DNA of 64,000 nt from Lama glama (Eukaryota). Shown here one piece after another: positions 37,221 through 50,012 of the stretch. Within the stretch, counting starts at the first letter, position 1; every line of letters begins with the position of its first letter. Both the position numbers and the translations under genes were made by a program. The notes under the pieces were generated by a model. That model ran no database searches and was not told where the DNA came from. It worked only from the letters and a program-made list of their open reading frames with translations. Location: contig CM052817.1 of NCBI GenBank assembly GCA_028534125.1, positions 92,506,001-92,570,000 on the forward strand, given 5' to 3'.

Positions 37221-38599
37221 GCCAAGTTTTTTTTTTTTTTAAGCTGCTAGGTTCCCAACGAAACAGGAATAGTTTCTGAGGTATACAGACCAAGAGAGGA
37301 TGAAAAAACACTGACCAACTTCCACATTACATGTGTCTCATGTGGAAGGCAACTAAATTACCCAACATTTTGCGTCTAGTGTAAATAAACAGCAGAAGCA
37401 GCATCAACTGGCAATCTTTAATTAAACTCTGGGTCTTACCAGCTTCTGACTAAAAGAATGTTTAATCATAAAAGCCAGTGTGATGCCACTGAAAAAGGAC
37501 TGGGCGGGGAGTGGGGGCGGCCTGGGATCCTGATCTCAGCTCTGCATAACTAGCTGTAGCCAGCCATGTGAACTTGGGCAGTCCACCGTGCCTCTGCATC
37601 CTATCAAAACCAGAGTGCTAGGCAAGAAGGGCGAATCTGTCTCTCAGTTCCAAAAATGAATGACCATCTAGGCCCAGATGAGACTCTAAGACGGTGAAGA
37701 AAAAGGAAAGGAAATCAGCGGGCAGTGGAATCAGGGCAGGGTTCAGGGCTGTGTTATCAGCGAGGTGGCCATCAGGCACATACCCTCCACCTCATTTCCG
37801 TTATCAGTCCTGTTGGAAGGTCCCATGTATCCAGAGGGGACCGTCAACATCTTTCTGATGGTAACTCTTCTCCTCTGCTGTCCCAGAGCTCTCCAAGCAG
37901 TGTCCGTGGAACTCTGCATTCCTACGAGTCCACGTTCTCATGAGGCTGTACAGGCCTTCTTACTGTTCGTACCTTCTAGTTCTTCTCCTGGGGGGAGCCA
38001 CATGCACCGCCTTCTACTCAGGCCCCCTGAAGGTCGAGGAGGGCGGAGGACTGGGCTCTCTTACCTCTGGGGCACCAAGTCCACAACTCCAGTTGCTGGG
38101 GGAGCACCTGCAGCTGTTTAGTGCCCCAGTGGGGGCACAGGTGTAAAACAGTCAGTCACTGGTGGGAGGGAGGCCGGCCTGGCAGAGCATAACCGGGGCA
38201 GCGAAGCCAGCCGGGCCGGTTCCTGCGGTGCCGCTTCCTTTGTGCTCTTAGCAGCGCAAACAGCACTGAGCAAACCGCTGAACAAAGTGCAGCTCAGAAG
38301 GCTGGAATCGATGGCTCAACAGAATATCAGCCAAAGAGAACAGTGGCTTCATTTTGGGCAGCAGTGAAAAGAGTCATCTGTTAGACAGAGTTTTGGCTCC
38401 CCTTCCCAATGAAAGGTCTCAGTGCCAAAGAAACATAAAAAATCAATTTCTTCAAACCAATTGCATAAAGACTGATAGAGGAAGATAATAAAAAAAAGCA
38501 GCATATGAAAATAATGTTTCACCAAATAACTCTTGCTTTTTACCCCCTCTTCTTTCCATATGGTTCATACTGCCAAGGGCTGGGTGATTACTATACCGG

Positions 38600-38602
<3 letters not shown>

Positions 38603-38647
<45 letters not shown>
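38603..38647. repeat. (CA)n microsatellite, about 22 units
   Basis: Pure CA run at the 5' truncation point of the following L1. Confidence 0.95.
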
Positions 38648-38649
<2 letters not shown>

Positions 38650-39097
38650 GAAATACTACTCGGCCATAAAAAAGAATGAAATAATGTCATTTGCAGCAAC
38701 ATGGATGGACCTGAAATCATCATACTAAGTAAAGTAAGCCAGACAGAGAAAGACAAATATCATATAATACCACTTATTATGTGGGATCTAAAAAAATGAT
38801 ACAAATGAACTTCTTTACAAAACAGGAACAGACTCACAGACATAGGAAACAACTTAAGGTTACTAGAAGGGGAACGGGAGAGGGGGTGGATGGATAAACT
38901 GGGAGTTTAGGATTTGCTGATACTAACCATTATATATAAAATAGATAAACAACAAGATCCTAAAGTACAGCACAGGGAACTGTATTCAATAACTTGTAAT
39001 AGCCTATGATGAAAAAGAATATGAAAAGGAATATACATATATGTATAACTGAAACACTATGCTGTACACCAGAAGTTAACACATTGTTAACTGACTA
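38645..39097 (+). mobile_element. Lineage-specific L1 3' end running into the assembly gap
   Basis: aatgaaatactactcggccataaaaaagaatgaaataatgtcatttgcagcaacatggatggacct...aagtaagccagacagagaaagacaaatatcata...tgtacaccagaagttaacacattg. Confidence 0.93.
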
Positions 39098-39597
39098 NNN
39101 NNNNNNNNNNNNNNNNNNNNNNNNNNNNNNNNNNNNNNNNNNNNNNNNNNNNNNNNNNNNNNNNNNNNNNNNNNNNNNNNNNNNNNNNNNNNNNNNNNNN
39201 NNNNNNNNNNNNNNNNNNNNNNNNNNNNNNNNNNNNNNNNNNNNNNNNNNNNNNNNNNNNNNNNNNNNNNNNNNNNNNNNNNNNNNNNNNNNNNNNNNNN
39301 NNNNNNNNNNNNNNNNNNNNNNNNNNNNNNNNNNNNNNNNNNNNNNNNNNNNNNNNNNNNNNNNNNNNNNNNNNNNNNNNNNNNNNNNNNNNNNNNNNNN
39401 NNNNNNNNNNNNNNNNNNNNNNNNNNNNNNNNNNNNNNNNNNNNNNNNNNNNNNNNNNNNNNNNNNNNNNNNNNNNNNNNNNNNNNNNNNNNNNNNNNNN
39501 NNNNNNNNNNNNNNNNNNNNNNNNNNNNNNNNNNNNNNNNNNNNNNNNNNNNNNNNNNNNNNNNNNNNNNNNNNNNNNNNNNNNNNNNNNNNNNNNN
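39098..39597. other. Assembly gap (500 N)
   Basis: Run of N; the round length suggests a placeholder of unknown true size. Confidence 0.99.
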
Positions 39598-40160
39598 TCT
39601 GGAAAACACTCCTTCAGCTGGGTGATCAGGGACATCGTCAGACAGAAGGCAGCTTGATAGTAGATGCCCTCGCTTGACACGATATGATGAAAACAACACT
39701 TAATCTCTGTGATCTCCCTCACAAAAATCTATCACCCCAGCCTAGTCATGAGAGAAACATCAAATTTCAACAGAGGGGCATTCTACTATACACCTGACCC
39801 TTGTCCTTCAAAACAGGCAGGGTCCTCAAACACAAGGCAAGTCTGAGTGACTTCCACAGCCAAAAGGAGACTAAAGAGCTGTATCAACTAAATACAGAAT
39901 AGTATACTGGCTGGGATCCTGGACCAGGAAAAGGGTATCAGGTGAAACTTAAGGAAATCTAAATAAACTGTGGATTCTGTTTAGTAATAGAGCATCCACA
40001 TGGATTTACCGATTGGCACAAATGTGCCACACTACGATGTTTGTCGCAGGAGAAAATTGTGTATGTGGAGGGCATATAGGAGCTCTCTCAACTATCTGTT
40101 CAATTTTCCTGTAAATCCAAAACTGTTCTAAGAAAATAAAACCTATTAATTAAAAAACAA
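39598..40160 (+). mobile_element. L1MC-like 3' UTR fragment
   Basis: ccccagcctagtcatgagagaaacatcaaa...tcctcaaacacaaggcaagtctgag...gggatcctggaccaggaaaagg...tcaattttcctgtaaatccaaaactgttcta. Confidence 0.8.
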
Positions 40161-40374
40161 AAATCAAATGAGGGTTAAAAAAAAAAGACAGTGTTCAGTG
40201 ACCTTGCTCTTCCTATGGTTATTTGCAAACAAATAACTAAAAAGTATCCAAGCCACTTCACACTCACAGTTCTAGTGACCCAGTAACAGCGTGGGCATTT
40301 GTCACCATCTTACACACAGCATCCTGGTACAGACTGTCATCAGGAGAAATAAACAACCCCACTCAGCTGGAGGG

Positions 40375-40735
40375 ACTGTGCTAGGACATGGAAGCATTCC
40401 CTGGTACACCCAGGATTCCACGTGTCCCTCTTCACCTCCCAAATTCCCCTAAGACAGGCTGGGGCCACGTGACTAGTTCTAGCCAGTGGAGTGTGAATGG
40501 AAGCGGTGACACTTCTGGGCCCAGCAAGCTAAACACAGGTGTGGCAGCACCTCCCACTTTTTCCTTGTAAGTGGACCTTGGAGGCTTTGTGTTCTACGGG
40601 GTGGCACTACAGCTGGAGGTGGCCACAGGATTTGAACAAGACTTCAGCAGAGTGAGAAAGAAATTTTCTTGTGTTAAGCCATTGAGATTTAGGGTTCATC
40701 TGTTGCAACAGCTATGGTCACTGACCCTATAATAC
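40375..40735 (+). mobile_element. MLT1-like MaLR solo LTR
   Basis: ggggccacgtgactagttctagccagtgga...gtgagaaagaaattttcttgtgttaagccattgagatttaggg...tgttgcaacagc. Confidence 0.8.
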
Positions 40736-40828
40736 CAGGTGATTGCGTTCTGCAAATAAATGTTCCTTCCCTTCGGACAGAAAGTCATGAATCATAATGT
40801 TTGCCGTATTTCCAAATACCGTACTTAC

Positions 40829-40939
40829 CACAGGCGATGGTCCAATAGACCAGAGAGTCTGGAGTCTGGTACAGGATTCGGTAAGGAGCCACCCGGGCAC
40901 TGGAGTCCAGCACAACGTCAAGGGTACCCACCAGGAGGC
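40829..40939 (-). CDS. TBC1D9: TBC1D9 coding exon 2 (111 nt, phase 1-1)
   Basis: Encodes (G)[36 protein letters not shown](G); acceptor ctctctgccctcag-type pyrimidine tract ending cag|GC, donor TGTG|gtaagt. Confidence 0.96.
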
Positions 40940-42396
40940 CTGAGGGCAGAGAAAGGGGGAGAAGTGTGTAAGCGTTTCCTCCAAATCCCCAGAGGCAGCA
41001 GTGCGGACGAGCCCTTCTGCTGGGCCTCCCCACCACCCCCTCCCCCCGCATTCCGCCTTGACAAAGCTTGACCCTCTCAGACCCGATGACGTCGGCTCTA
41101 CTCTACATTACTCGTTCCATCAACCTCCAAGAGACAGTGCACAAACGGAAAGACAGTGCTGGTTTCAAAAACAAAACCAGCAAAGCTTCTAGCTCAGTCT
41201 GGCACATGGTAGTATTTATATAAACGTCTGTTTCAAATTAAAAAGCAAGGTACTAAGACTGAAATGTGGGGATCTCTGCTTTACCTACATTATGCCCAAT
41301 GTGTATGATTTTCTCACTCTTTTCATCCAAGAAACGAATCCTTAATGTGAGTAACTTGACAAGGCCGTGGGAACCAGGCACGTACATCTGAGTCTGTGTG
41401 CCAGGCTGCCCCAGGTATTATTTTCATGTGCTTCGCTTTTCTTTTGTATTGAAAAGGTACGGTTCAGCCCAGCAAATAAGAAATGCCTGCTATGCGCCAG
41501 GCAAACCCTGTGGGCATGAAGCTGAATAAAGCAGACCCCGTAGGCATTTATAATCCAACAGGGGAGAGGGCCAAGCAATGTTTCAGGGCTGTGTTTAGGA
41601 AGGAACAGGGCTGTGAAATATGCATTTGCCCATCTCAACGTCAGAGTCCCCTGCCATTTGTCACATCAATCATTATAAACAGAGATGACTGGAGCCTGGT
41701 CTACACTCTGCAAAGATGCAGTAATTATGCTGAGGACCAGGAAAGGGACTGTGGTAGCAAGATGTTGAGTTCTCTGGATCAGGAGGCTCAACAATCTGGC
41801 CAGGACCTGGGGGAAACTCGTTCATATCATCCAGTTAAGGCAAGCCTGAACACTCCAGAAGTGACCTTAGCAAACGATTTGTAAGAAATACAAATGCCCA
41901 GCGTACCGATGCTCACTTAAGAAGAGGCAGTGCCTTCTCTTGCCAGGAGTGTATATTCTCTCATCTTATCTTTCACCCAGTGCCCAACCCCCACCCCGGA
42001 AGATGTGCCTCCTCTGTCCACATGGAGCCTGGATTAGATACCAAACATTTTCTACACTATTCCAGACTATCATGGACACACACACACACACACAAATTCC
42101 ACAAGGTCGAATAAACTACATTCCTTCCTTGGCAGAAAGAATCCAAAAGATTGCTATCAAGTAAATGCCCATAATTACTCTAAAGTCAGATGGAACCCTG
42201 CATAGAGCAGGGTTCGGACTCAGAAGGACCAATTAGGAACTGTGATTAGCTGAAGCATCTTAGGACATTTATTTCCCATGCCTTTGTGTTCTGACAATGA
42301 TATGACAATTAGAGTTTTGTTCTTAAAGGCTGAATACAACGGGACTTAGGGGCAAGAGGCTGGTTGGAATAAGGGGTTAGTCAAACTACCCAGCAC

Positions 42397-42885
42397 TGTG
42401 ATAGGGGAGAACAAATCTGACTCCATATTGGATCTGTTTCTTTTACTTTAAGAATACTTTGTATTCTGTTGCTTTTGCTACAAATTAATCAGTAAAGGGA
42501 TGCTGCCCGTAGCTTAAAGTATACATAATGGCCCATCCCCAGGAACCCTGCCTCCCAGGCCTGAGCCTATGCTAAAACACCTTTGTTTAGCTCACAGGAA
42601 ACCTCCTGACCATGGCTACTTGTGAATGGCTGCAGGAAAGAAGAAATTAACACATCCCCTCTGGAGTCAGGGGACAGGAAATATTTGCAACAACTTACTG
42701 CCTTTTTTACTTTACCTCCTTACGTCCCCTTCTTTTTTGTATAAAAACTAGCATCCAAACCTGGGCAAGATGGTTCTTTAATCCACCTCTTCTCAGACTG
42801 CTGGCTTTCGGAACAAAGCTGCGATCCCTTGCCCCAACAACTGGCCTCTTGGCTGACTGGCCTATCAGGTGGCGAGCAGTACCAA
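42397..42885 (+). mobile_element. ERV1-class solo LTR, antisense to TBC1D9
   Basis: Starts TGTGATAGG; tctgactccatatt near the 5' end, TATAAAA at about 42740, U5-like cttgccccaacaac...tggcct...ggcgagcagtac end. Confidence 0.75.
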
Positions 42886-45849
42886 GACACTCCTTTAGTT
42901 TGACTTTGACTTAGAGTGCATGTTTATTAAGGATGGCTTTGGGATGGAGCTGATGGTGGTTGAGGCTGGGAAGGGGGTGGTAAAGGCCCCCAGCCTCCCC
43001 TGCTCTGCCAATTGGAAATAACTAGCTCACTGGAAGCACCAAGCCCAGGGCCTGGCCCCCAGCAGGCTTCTCACAAAGTTCCGCTAAGTCTGAACCACAG
43101 GTTCTTCTGAAACTGTCACCACCAGTCTCTCTTGGGGTGTTGTTACAATGTCTGGAGGCTTGTTCTGACGCTACTGGGTAACACACGATACCATCGAAAC
43201 GCCCTTCCTTCTGCTCTGTCAGCCTGGAGTCGTGAAGAGCAGTGGACAGTCAACCAGTGTTCAGAAGAGGTCCGTTCTGGCTCTGACTCTGCTGTGACCA
43301 GGTCCGGGGCACACGCACAGGCCATTTAACTTCTCTGCCTTTCATTTCCTCCATTGTAAAGTGGCTGTAATATACCTGCCTTCTTGAACCAGGGGTATTA
43401 ATCAAGAAGCCTAAGGGAGCTTAACATGAGGAAGCCCTACAGTTGTCCTCCTGGTCTGTGTCCAAGGCCAGGAATCCATTTAGGTTCATTCCAAACCGCC
43501 GTGACCATTAGCTGCCCTGCCTACACCAGCAAAAACAAACTTTCGTTAAAGTGGAAATGAATTCGTGTGTTTGCTCCGGCCTGGGTGAAACACATCAAAA
43601 ATCAGATCTCTGGCGCCTGCAGAGTTTCCCAAGGGGTAGTTTTCCACATAACGCCACACACACGTGCATTTTTGTTTTCTCAACTGTGACTCAGGTTTAC
43701 TGCAAAGACCTCTAATTACTCTTTAATTATCTGCAGATGGAGGAGGATATTAACAGGAAAAGCAGAAGAGTACCCACTAAACTGGATTCTCTTCTATGTG
43801 ATCTAGAAGTACAAATACATGTGAACCAGAAATATAAATGCATCACTCATAATAAAACTTCTGTCTCCTTGAATCAAAATACTGGAAGTGTCACGCATGT
43901 TGTTTCTAAGGCACACAGACTTCAGCCTGGGGCTAGGAGCTGCAGTCGAGGACCAGCCCATGTGGTTTAATGAGCCACAGAAAGAGCGTCATGGCAGATA
44001 AAGACCCTTCCGAGGGAAGGCACAGCTCCTTGGGCAGAGCAGCGGACAGAGGTGGTCTGGGTTCGGGCGTCCTCCAGTCCTGGCTCTGCCACTGCCCAAC
44101 TCCCAGACCCAGTCTCTCCAAGCCTCAGTTTCCCCATGCTTAATGTCTCACTAGACTTCTCTACTCTCTAACACCAAGGAGAGAAAGCCTCTGAAAAGGT
44201 CCAACCCCATCCGCACATCTTGACCACCAGGAATGTCCCCAGCTAAAATCCATCTCCAACATCTATTATTCTAGTTAACAAAACCCCCACTGTCACTCAC
44301 AAGTAAAGAAAACTGAGTGGCTTCAGGAAGACTCCCCTAGGGTGAGAGCTTCTGATCAGACGCCAGTCCACCAACCCTGAGTGTGCATTCACAACTGGAG
44401 CCACCAACTTCCACTAACATTTAGAGGGACACTACCAGGTAGATTCGTATCTACCAGAGGGTCCATACTGAAATATTTGTGAATTACAGACAGTATAATA
44501 TTGCAATGCTCACATCAGGTGCACATAATATTATTTAAAAATGTGAAAGTCCTTTGAAAACTTAGGGCACTGGATAGCCCAACAGAAAGTAATACTGTGA
44601 ACTGTGAATTGAGGCCCACAGCTGGCCAGCGAAAGCAATAAACAGACTCTGCTACCTTAACCCAGAAGTGCCCTCTCACTTTGTAACACTGACCAGGATC
44701 TTCCCTCCACTCGGAGTACTGTGCTGGTCCATCGGCTCTCACTTCCCACCACCTCAAGTGACAAACTCCTAATTACCTAACGCCGTCTCTTTCCAATCCA
44801 GATCCCCCTCCAAGTTTTGCTGCTGTGATACCTATTTTGTTATTTAAAATCACTTGCACATTATGCTGAGTTCCATTTCTTCTCCTCTTTCCAGAGTGGG
44901 AGCTCCTTGATGGCAAGGCCTGGATGAATTCTTCGGACTCCTAGGTCCAATATTTTGCTTGGAGCACAGGAAGCCCTGAACACGTATCTGGTGGCAAGAA
45001 AAGTCAGGTATTTTTTGAAAACCTATATGGTAAGTTTATCACTGTCTAAACTCTATTGATACAAGGAGTCAAGACTCTGGAAAACAGAAACTCCTCTTAT
45101 ACTCTCTGTCCACACAGAATACTAGAAGATGGGAAGTCTAGCCTAGAGAATCCCCCAAAAGCAGCAATCAGGATTTCCTTAGAAGTCTTACTACTCACCT
45201 CTCTGAAATGACTGTCAAAACACTGAACCTTTCATGATTTCCCACACAAAGCGCTGTTTTAGCAGCTGTTCTAGTCAGCTATTTCTGGTGTTAAACAATC
45301 TTTGATTGCCTGAGAAAACTGAATCAAATTATAGCCCTCAAAATAGCTCTTCTCTGCATCTACCTATTACATTAGTTCAGGGGCAGCTGGTAACATAAAC
45401 GGGCTGTTTTCAAGGAGATTCAGAAAACACACGACGGAACTGGTACATTTAGGCGTCCCACCAGCTGCGGGCACTAGGGGGTGTGTGACGCAGACAGTCA
45501 TTTCCACTCCCGGGCAGCCCCTCACCCTTCTGGGGGCAAGGATGTGTCAGGGGAGTACAGAACATGCAGGAATGTGCCCATGACAACGATCAATCCATCT
45601 GCTGGTGATCTTGGAATAATGTAGTGTCAAAGGGGACAAGACCCTAAAGCTCACTAGACCTCCCTCTATCCCCTCAGCCTTGCAGCAGTCAGATAAGGCT
45701 GAGCCCTACAGAGACCACGCCGGAGTGGTCTGGGGGGTGGGCTGTGTCCCGACATGGATGCTCTAATATTACCCATTCAGAGAGCGCCTGGGATGTACTG
45801 AGCACTACTGTTTAATAAAATACTTCAAAACCACAGAAAATTACTGAAA

Positions 45850-46670
45850 ATTACAAAATATACGTCCCACCACTCTGTCTTTAACACTTGGCATTATCTG
45901 CTTCAGATCTGGTTTTTTTTTAATGAAAGAAAACATAACACAGACAGCAAAGGTCCCCTTAATGCCCCCTTAATCCTATTTCTCTCCCCATTCACCATCC
46001 TTAAAGTTTTTATTCTTCCCACCCAGGTCCTTATATTTTTATTGCCCCCTATGTATGCACATGAAATATAGATTTAACACTGATGTATATTCTCAATTTT
46101 ACATTAAGGATAAAGAGTAGATATTGTTCTGCAATTTACTTTTTTTTACCCAATAATATATTTATAAAATTTACCCAGGTTATACTTATAAATCTGATTC
46201 ATTCACTTCAAATAGTGTGTAATATTCCACTGTTTAAAATATACTGTAATGTATCCATTTCCTAATAAAGGACGTTTGGGTTTATCTCCTTTTTTTTTTT
46301 CTTTGCTATAATGGGCACTGCAATCAGTCTCTTTACTTGGTCTTTAAACATATGAGTACTTTTTTAGGATGAAATTGTTGGGTCACAGGGTAAGTGTATT
46401 TTGAAATCTTATTAGATATTACAAAACTGGTCTCCAAAGTGACTGTGCCAATTTACACTCGCACCAGGAAAGTGAGAGAATATGCTTCTCTGTAATTTCT
46501 GCAACCCTTAGTGTTATCAGATTGTTTCATTTTCACCAGTCTCAAGGGTGAGAAACGATATCTATTTGTTGTTTAAATTTGCATTTTTCTGATTGTTAAT
46601 GAGTTTGGGTATCTCTTCCAGCTTATCGGCCACTCCAGTTTTCCATTCTGTGAGTTATTTGCCTTTCCTC
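45850..46670 (-). mobile_element. Old L1M fragment (sense to TBC1D9)
   Basis: aattgttgggtcacagggtaag...tctccaaagtgactgtgccaatttacactc...tttaaatttgcatttttctgattgttaatgag. Confidence 0.75.
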
Positions 46671-48689
46671 CATACTGACATTTGCTGAGAGATCCAGGTC
46701 AGAAATTCAGAGTTCACTACTTAGAGACTTCCTAACATCCATGCTGGATTTTGATTCATTTCAGCAAATACACACTGATATTTCTAAAGCCAGAGGGGCT
46801 GTACACTTGGATTTACTTCGATATATTTATATTCTCTACAGATGCAAGACCTTGGGATCAGTATTTGCAAGCCCTCTGCATTCCTCCCATGTAGGTTTTC
46901 TGTGGGTTGCAGGCTTCTACCTTGTCCTTCTGCCTGCTGCTGCCTTGATGTAAGTGCTACACCGCCTATTAGTCTCAGCCCTTATGTCTGCACATGACGC
47001 TAGGCAGAAAGGCTTAAACAGTAACATCCTGAAGCAGCTGCTGACAGATACACAAACTCCAGCCACACCATAATTTTTACACTTCTCTTAATAAATCTTG
47101 CTTGTTTGTTTTCAAAGCCTTCAAGGCTTCACACAGCTCTTTTATACTCCATCCGGGATGTCCTTTCTTTTCTCTTTCTGGCAAACATCTATTTCCCTCA
47201 ATATCCAGGTGAAGGGTCACCTAAGGCATTTGTTTTGCTTTCTTCCAACACTCAAACCCCCAAATCTCCTGGCAATTAACTGTCCCCTTGTCTGTGGTCT
47301 GCCAACCACCTTGCACATCATATCACAAAGGTAATTATCACATTGTTTCTTGCCCAGAAAAAAAAGTCAGTTCTTCCTGTCAGGCTGTGAACTCCTTGAG
47401 GCAGGCATGGCCTTATTTATCTTGGAATTCCTGAAGCCTAGAATGATGTCCAGCACATCATGCTGAATGTTTATAAAATGGGCCACAAAGTTTTCTACCT
47501 GATGGACATCGGGAGAAACCAAGAACTATTTCCAGAGCTTATTCACCTCTGTGTCATGGGACCCAGTATAATAAGTTCTAGTCATTTGCCACAAAGAATC
47601 AGACAATGAAAGGGGACCAAGACTTGAGAAAAAGGCTAGAAAATCTCATCTCAGACTGTGGGAGGTAATGCTGCTCAAACTCATATCTGAAACTGAAATT
47701 TACCATGAGACATTAACTTCTCTAATTTCTGGAAGTAATCTGTCCCTTTTTACTAAATGTGGAGATTGATCTGAAATGAAGTTGGAGCGAAAGCAGAGAT
47801 ATTTAGGGAAAGCACAAGTCTTTCTATTCTCCTACTTTTGGAAACTAGTCCAGAGATTAGATTTGGTTGCCCCCAAACCAAGAAAACCCAAAGATTTAAT
47901 CAATTTAAACTCTTGCATCCTGCACACAGATTTTTAAACACTTGCTTGCTCACCATACTGGCCAGAGACCAGGAGAGAGATTAGGGACTGGCATGTGTGC
48001 ACAGTCACAAAGGAGGAGAAGGCTGTGAGGGTCAGCTGAGGTGAGGGTCAGCTCCCTACCTACACATGCACCTGAGCTTGCAGCGTCACCATGACCAGCG
48101 TGAGGGTTCAGTCGGCCACTGCAGGCCAGATACAGTGTGCACAAGAGACAAATACAGGTGATGGCTGCTCTCCACCCAAGCAGAGAAGGGACACGAGAGG
48201 TTTGCAGGGGAGGTGGCTGAAGATCAGGATGGGGGCAATCTGTTTTCCCTGTTCCACAACCTCAAAGAGTCTAACAGCCTTTCTCAAGCGTGGGTACTCC
48301 TGGCTAAAAGGAGAGACCAACGCCGACACTGGGATCCTACCTTTGAGGTAGAACAGTCTGGAAGTGTCTGTGATCCCCTGAGTCTTGTACATTTCCCACC
48401 CCTTCTAGCACATTTAAGTAAAACTGGTTTCTCAACATGGTTCAAACTGTTGGTTGAAACAGATCATCCACAAAACCCCCCTCCCCTTCACAGCTGCTTC
48501 TCGGGACACCAGTCCAGCCAGACGTATATCATGGTTGCTGTGAAATAAAGACAAATTACTTGAGGGAGGGAGCCCATCTATACACATACGCGCACACACA
48601 CACAGGAGAACCTGTGACTGTCTGTGGAAAGATGAGTTAATGAGAATTCCGCTAGCATAGCAAATACATTGCTGATTCTGTCAATTAGG

Positions 48690-48962
48690 ACAGTCCTCAA
48701 ACTATTTGTGGTTAAGAATCAGTTTTTAATTTCCAAATGTGTTGCAGACTGACATGTCTGTAAAATACAGTGCCTATGAAATACTAAAATATATCTAGAG
48801 AATATGAAAAAAGACAAAGAAAATACAAGCCTTCAATTTTCTCATTATTTAACTCAACAGACAAATTGTTCCAGGTTTCTAAATGCTTAATCTCAATTTC
48901 CATTCTTGAGCTCAAGGCAGTCGTAGCAAACAGGCTGCAGACTGGCACTTTAAATAACACTG
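48690..48962. mobile_element. hAT-Charlie-like MITE remnant
   Basis: Ends cagtcctcaaact... and ...cactttaaataacactg resemble decayed Charlie terminal inverted repeats. Confidence 0.5.
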
Positions 48963-49229
48963 AATTAGGGAAGGAGAGGCTGGAGGGCAGTAATTTGCTC
49001 AGGACTGTGTTTATTAGAATCATATATACTTTTAAAGTGGATAGTCAAATCTATGTCGTAACTTTTTATTTGAGAAATGAAAAAAATCATAGTTCTTCCA
49101 CTGCAAACTAAAATAAAATTCAACAAAATTATTTTTCAATTGAAGGCAAGAATACATGAATAGGGAGAGGCACAAGGGTTTCCCTATATACTTATCTCAA
49201 GGGTCCCGGGTTTTAAAGTGTGGAGAATC

Positions 49230-49294
49230 AACCTGAAACTAACATGATATTGTCCATCAACTATATTTCATTTAAAAATAATAATGAATAAACA
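49230..49294 (+). mobile_element. 65-bp L1 3' tail insertion with perfect 15-bp TSD
   Basis: TSD aaagtgtggagaatc at 49215-49229 and 49295-49309, preceded by tttt; insert acctgaaactaacatgatattgtccatcaactatatttca plus A-rich tail. Confidence 0.9.
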
Positions 49295-49837
49295 AAAGTG
49301 TGGAGAATCTGACCTAGCATATGAGGTGGTCCCTGAGAGACCCTTGGCTCATATCTTACCAAGAGGGGATCAGGCTGAAAAGGGCAGAAAGACAAAGCTC
49401 GGAGAGGCATTTCAAACTAATTCTGGATAATGGGGTCTTTGAAATCCATGTTTACATAAATACCCAGAAAGTTAGGGCTCAAAATCTACATTCATATTTT
49501 CCTCTACAAAAGATAAAGCACAGACTGGTCTGTAACTAAACAACCTGGGCAGAAAACTGAAATCTGAAGAGGATTTGGCCTGCAGGGCCTCTGTCCAGCA
49601 GCCAGTTAGCTGTGCGCTGCTCAGATCTCCCAAACATCCTTGAAGGCCCCATCTTCCAAGAGCTGCTCCATTTACCCTGCAGGCCAGTCTCTTAAAGTCA
49701 CACGCACCTCCTCCTGCACAAAGGGAGGGCAGGTGGAACTGATTTTTCCTTCTCTTTGGGGTGGCATCTGAGAAGGAATCATTTTATTTTAGTTATTTTA
49801 AATAACTTCTAAATAACTTACTTTACACCCTAGTTAA

Positions 49838-50012
49838 GACCAGCCACATAATTTGTGGAGCCCTGTGCAAAATGAAAATGCAGGCTCCCTTGCTTATAAT
49901 TTCTTGGGGATTTCTAGACAGCCATAGGAAAACATTAAACCAAGCCTGGGGCTCTTCTAAGTGCAGGTCCCAGTGCACCAGCATGGACCACAGACCCCGG
50001 GGCTGGCCCTGA
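49838..50012. mobile_element. MER45-like hAT-Tip100 element
   Basis: ccagccacataatttgtggagccctgtgcaaaatgaaaatgcagg...gctggccctg. Confidence 0.75.

Noticed and set aside
38160..38290. CpG-rich patch as an internal promoter
   Set aside because: Only about 130 bp, below CpG-island size, with no supportable first exon.
39006..39722. Three 200+ aa ORFs
   Set aside because: Artefacts of reading through 500 Ns.
40715..40727. IR1-like TGGTCA-C-TGACCC (FXR-type)
   Set aside because: Single motif at the decayed end of an MLT1 LTR with no supporting context.
6960..40939. Paralogue (TBC1D9B/TBC1D8) or pseudogene interpretation
   Set aside because: Peptides match TBC1D9 as recalled, all twelve exons splice in frame without stops, and the catalytic motifs are intact.
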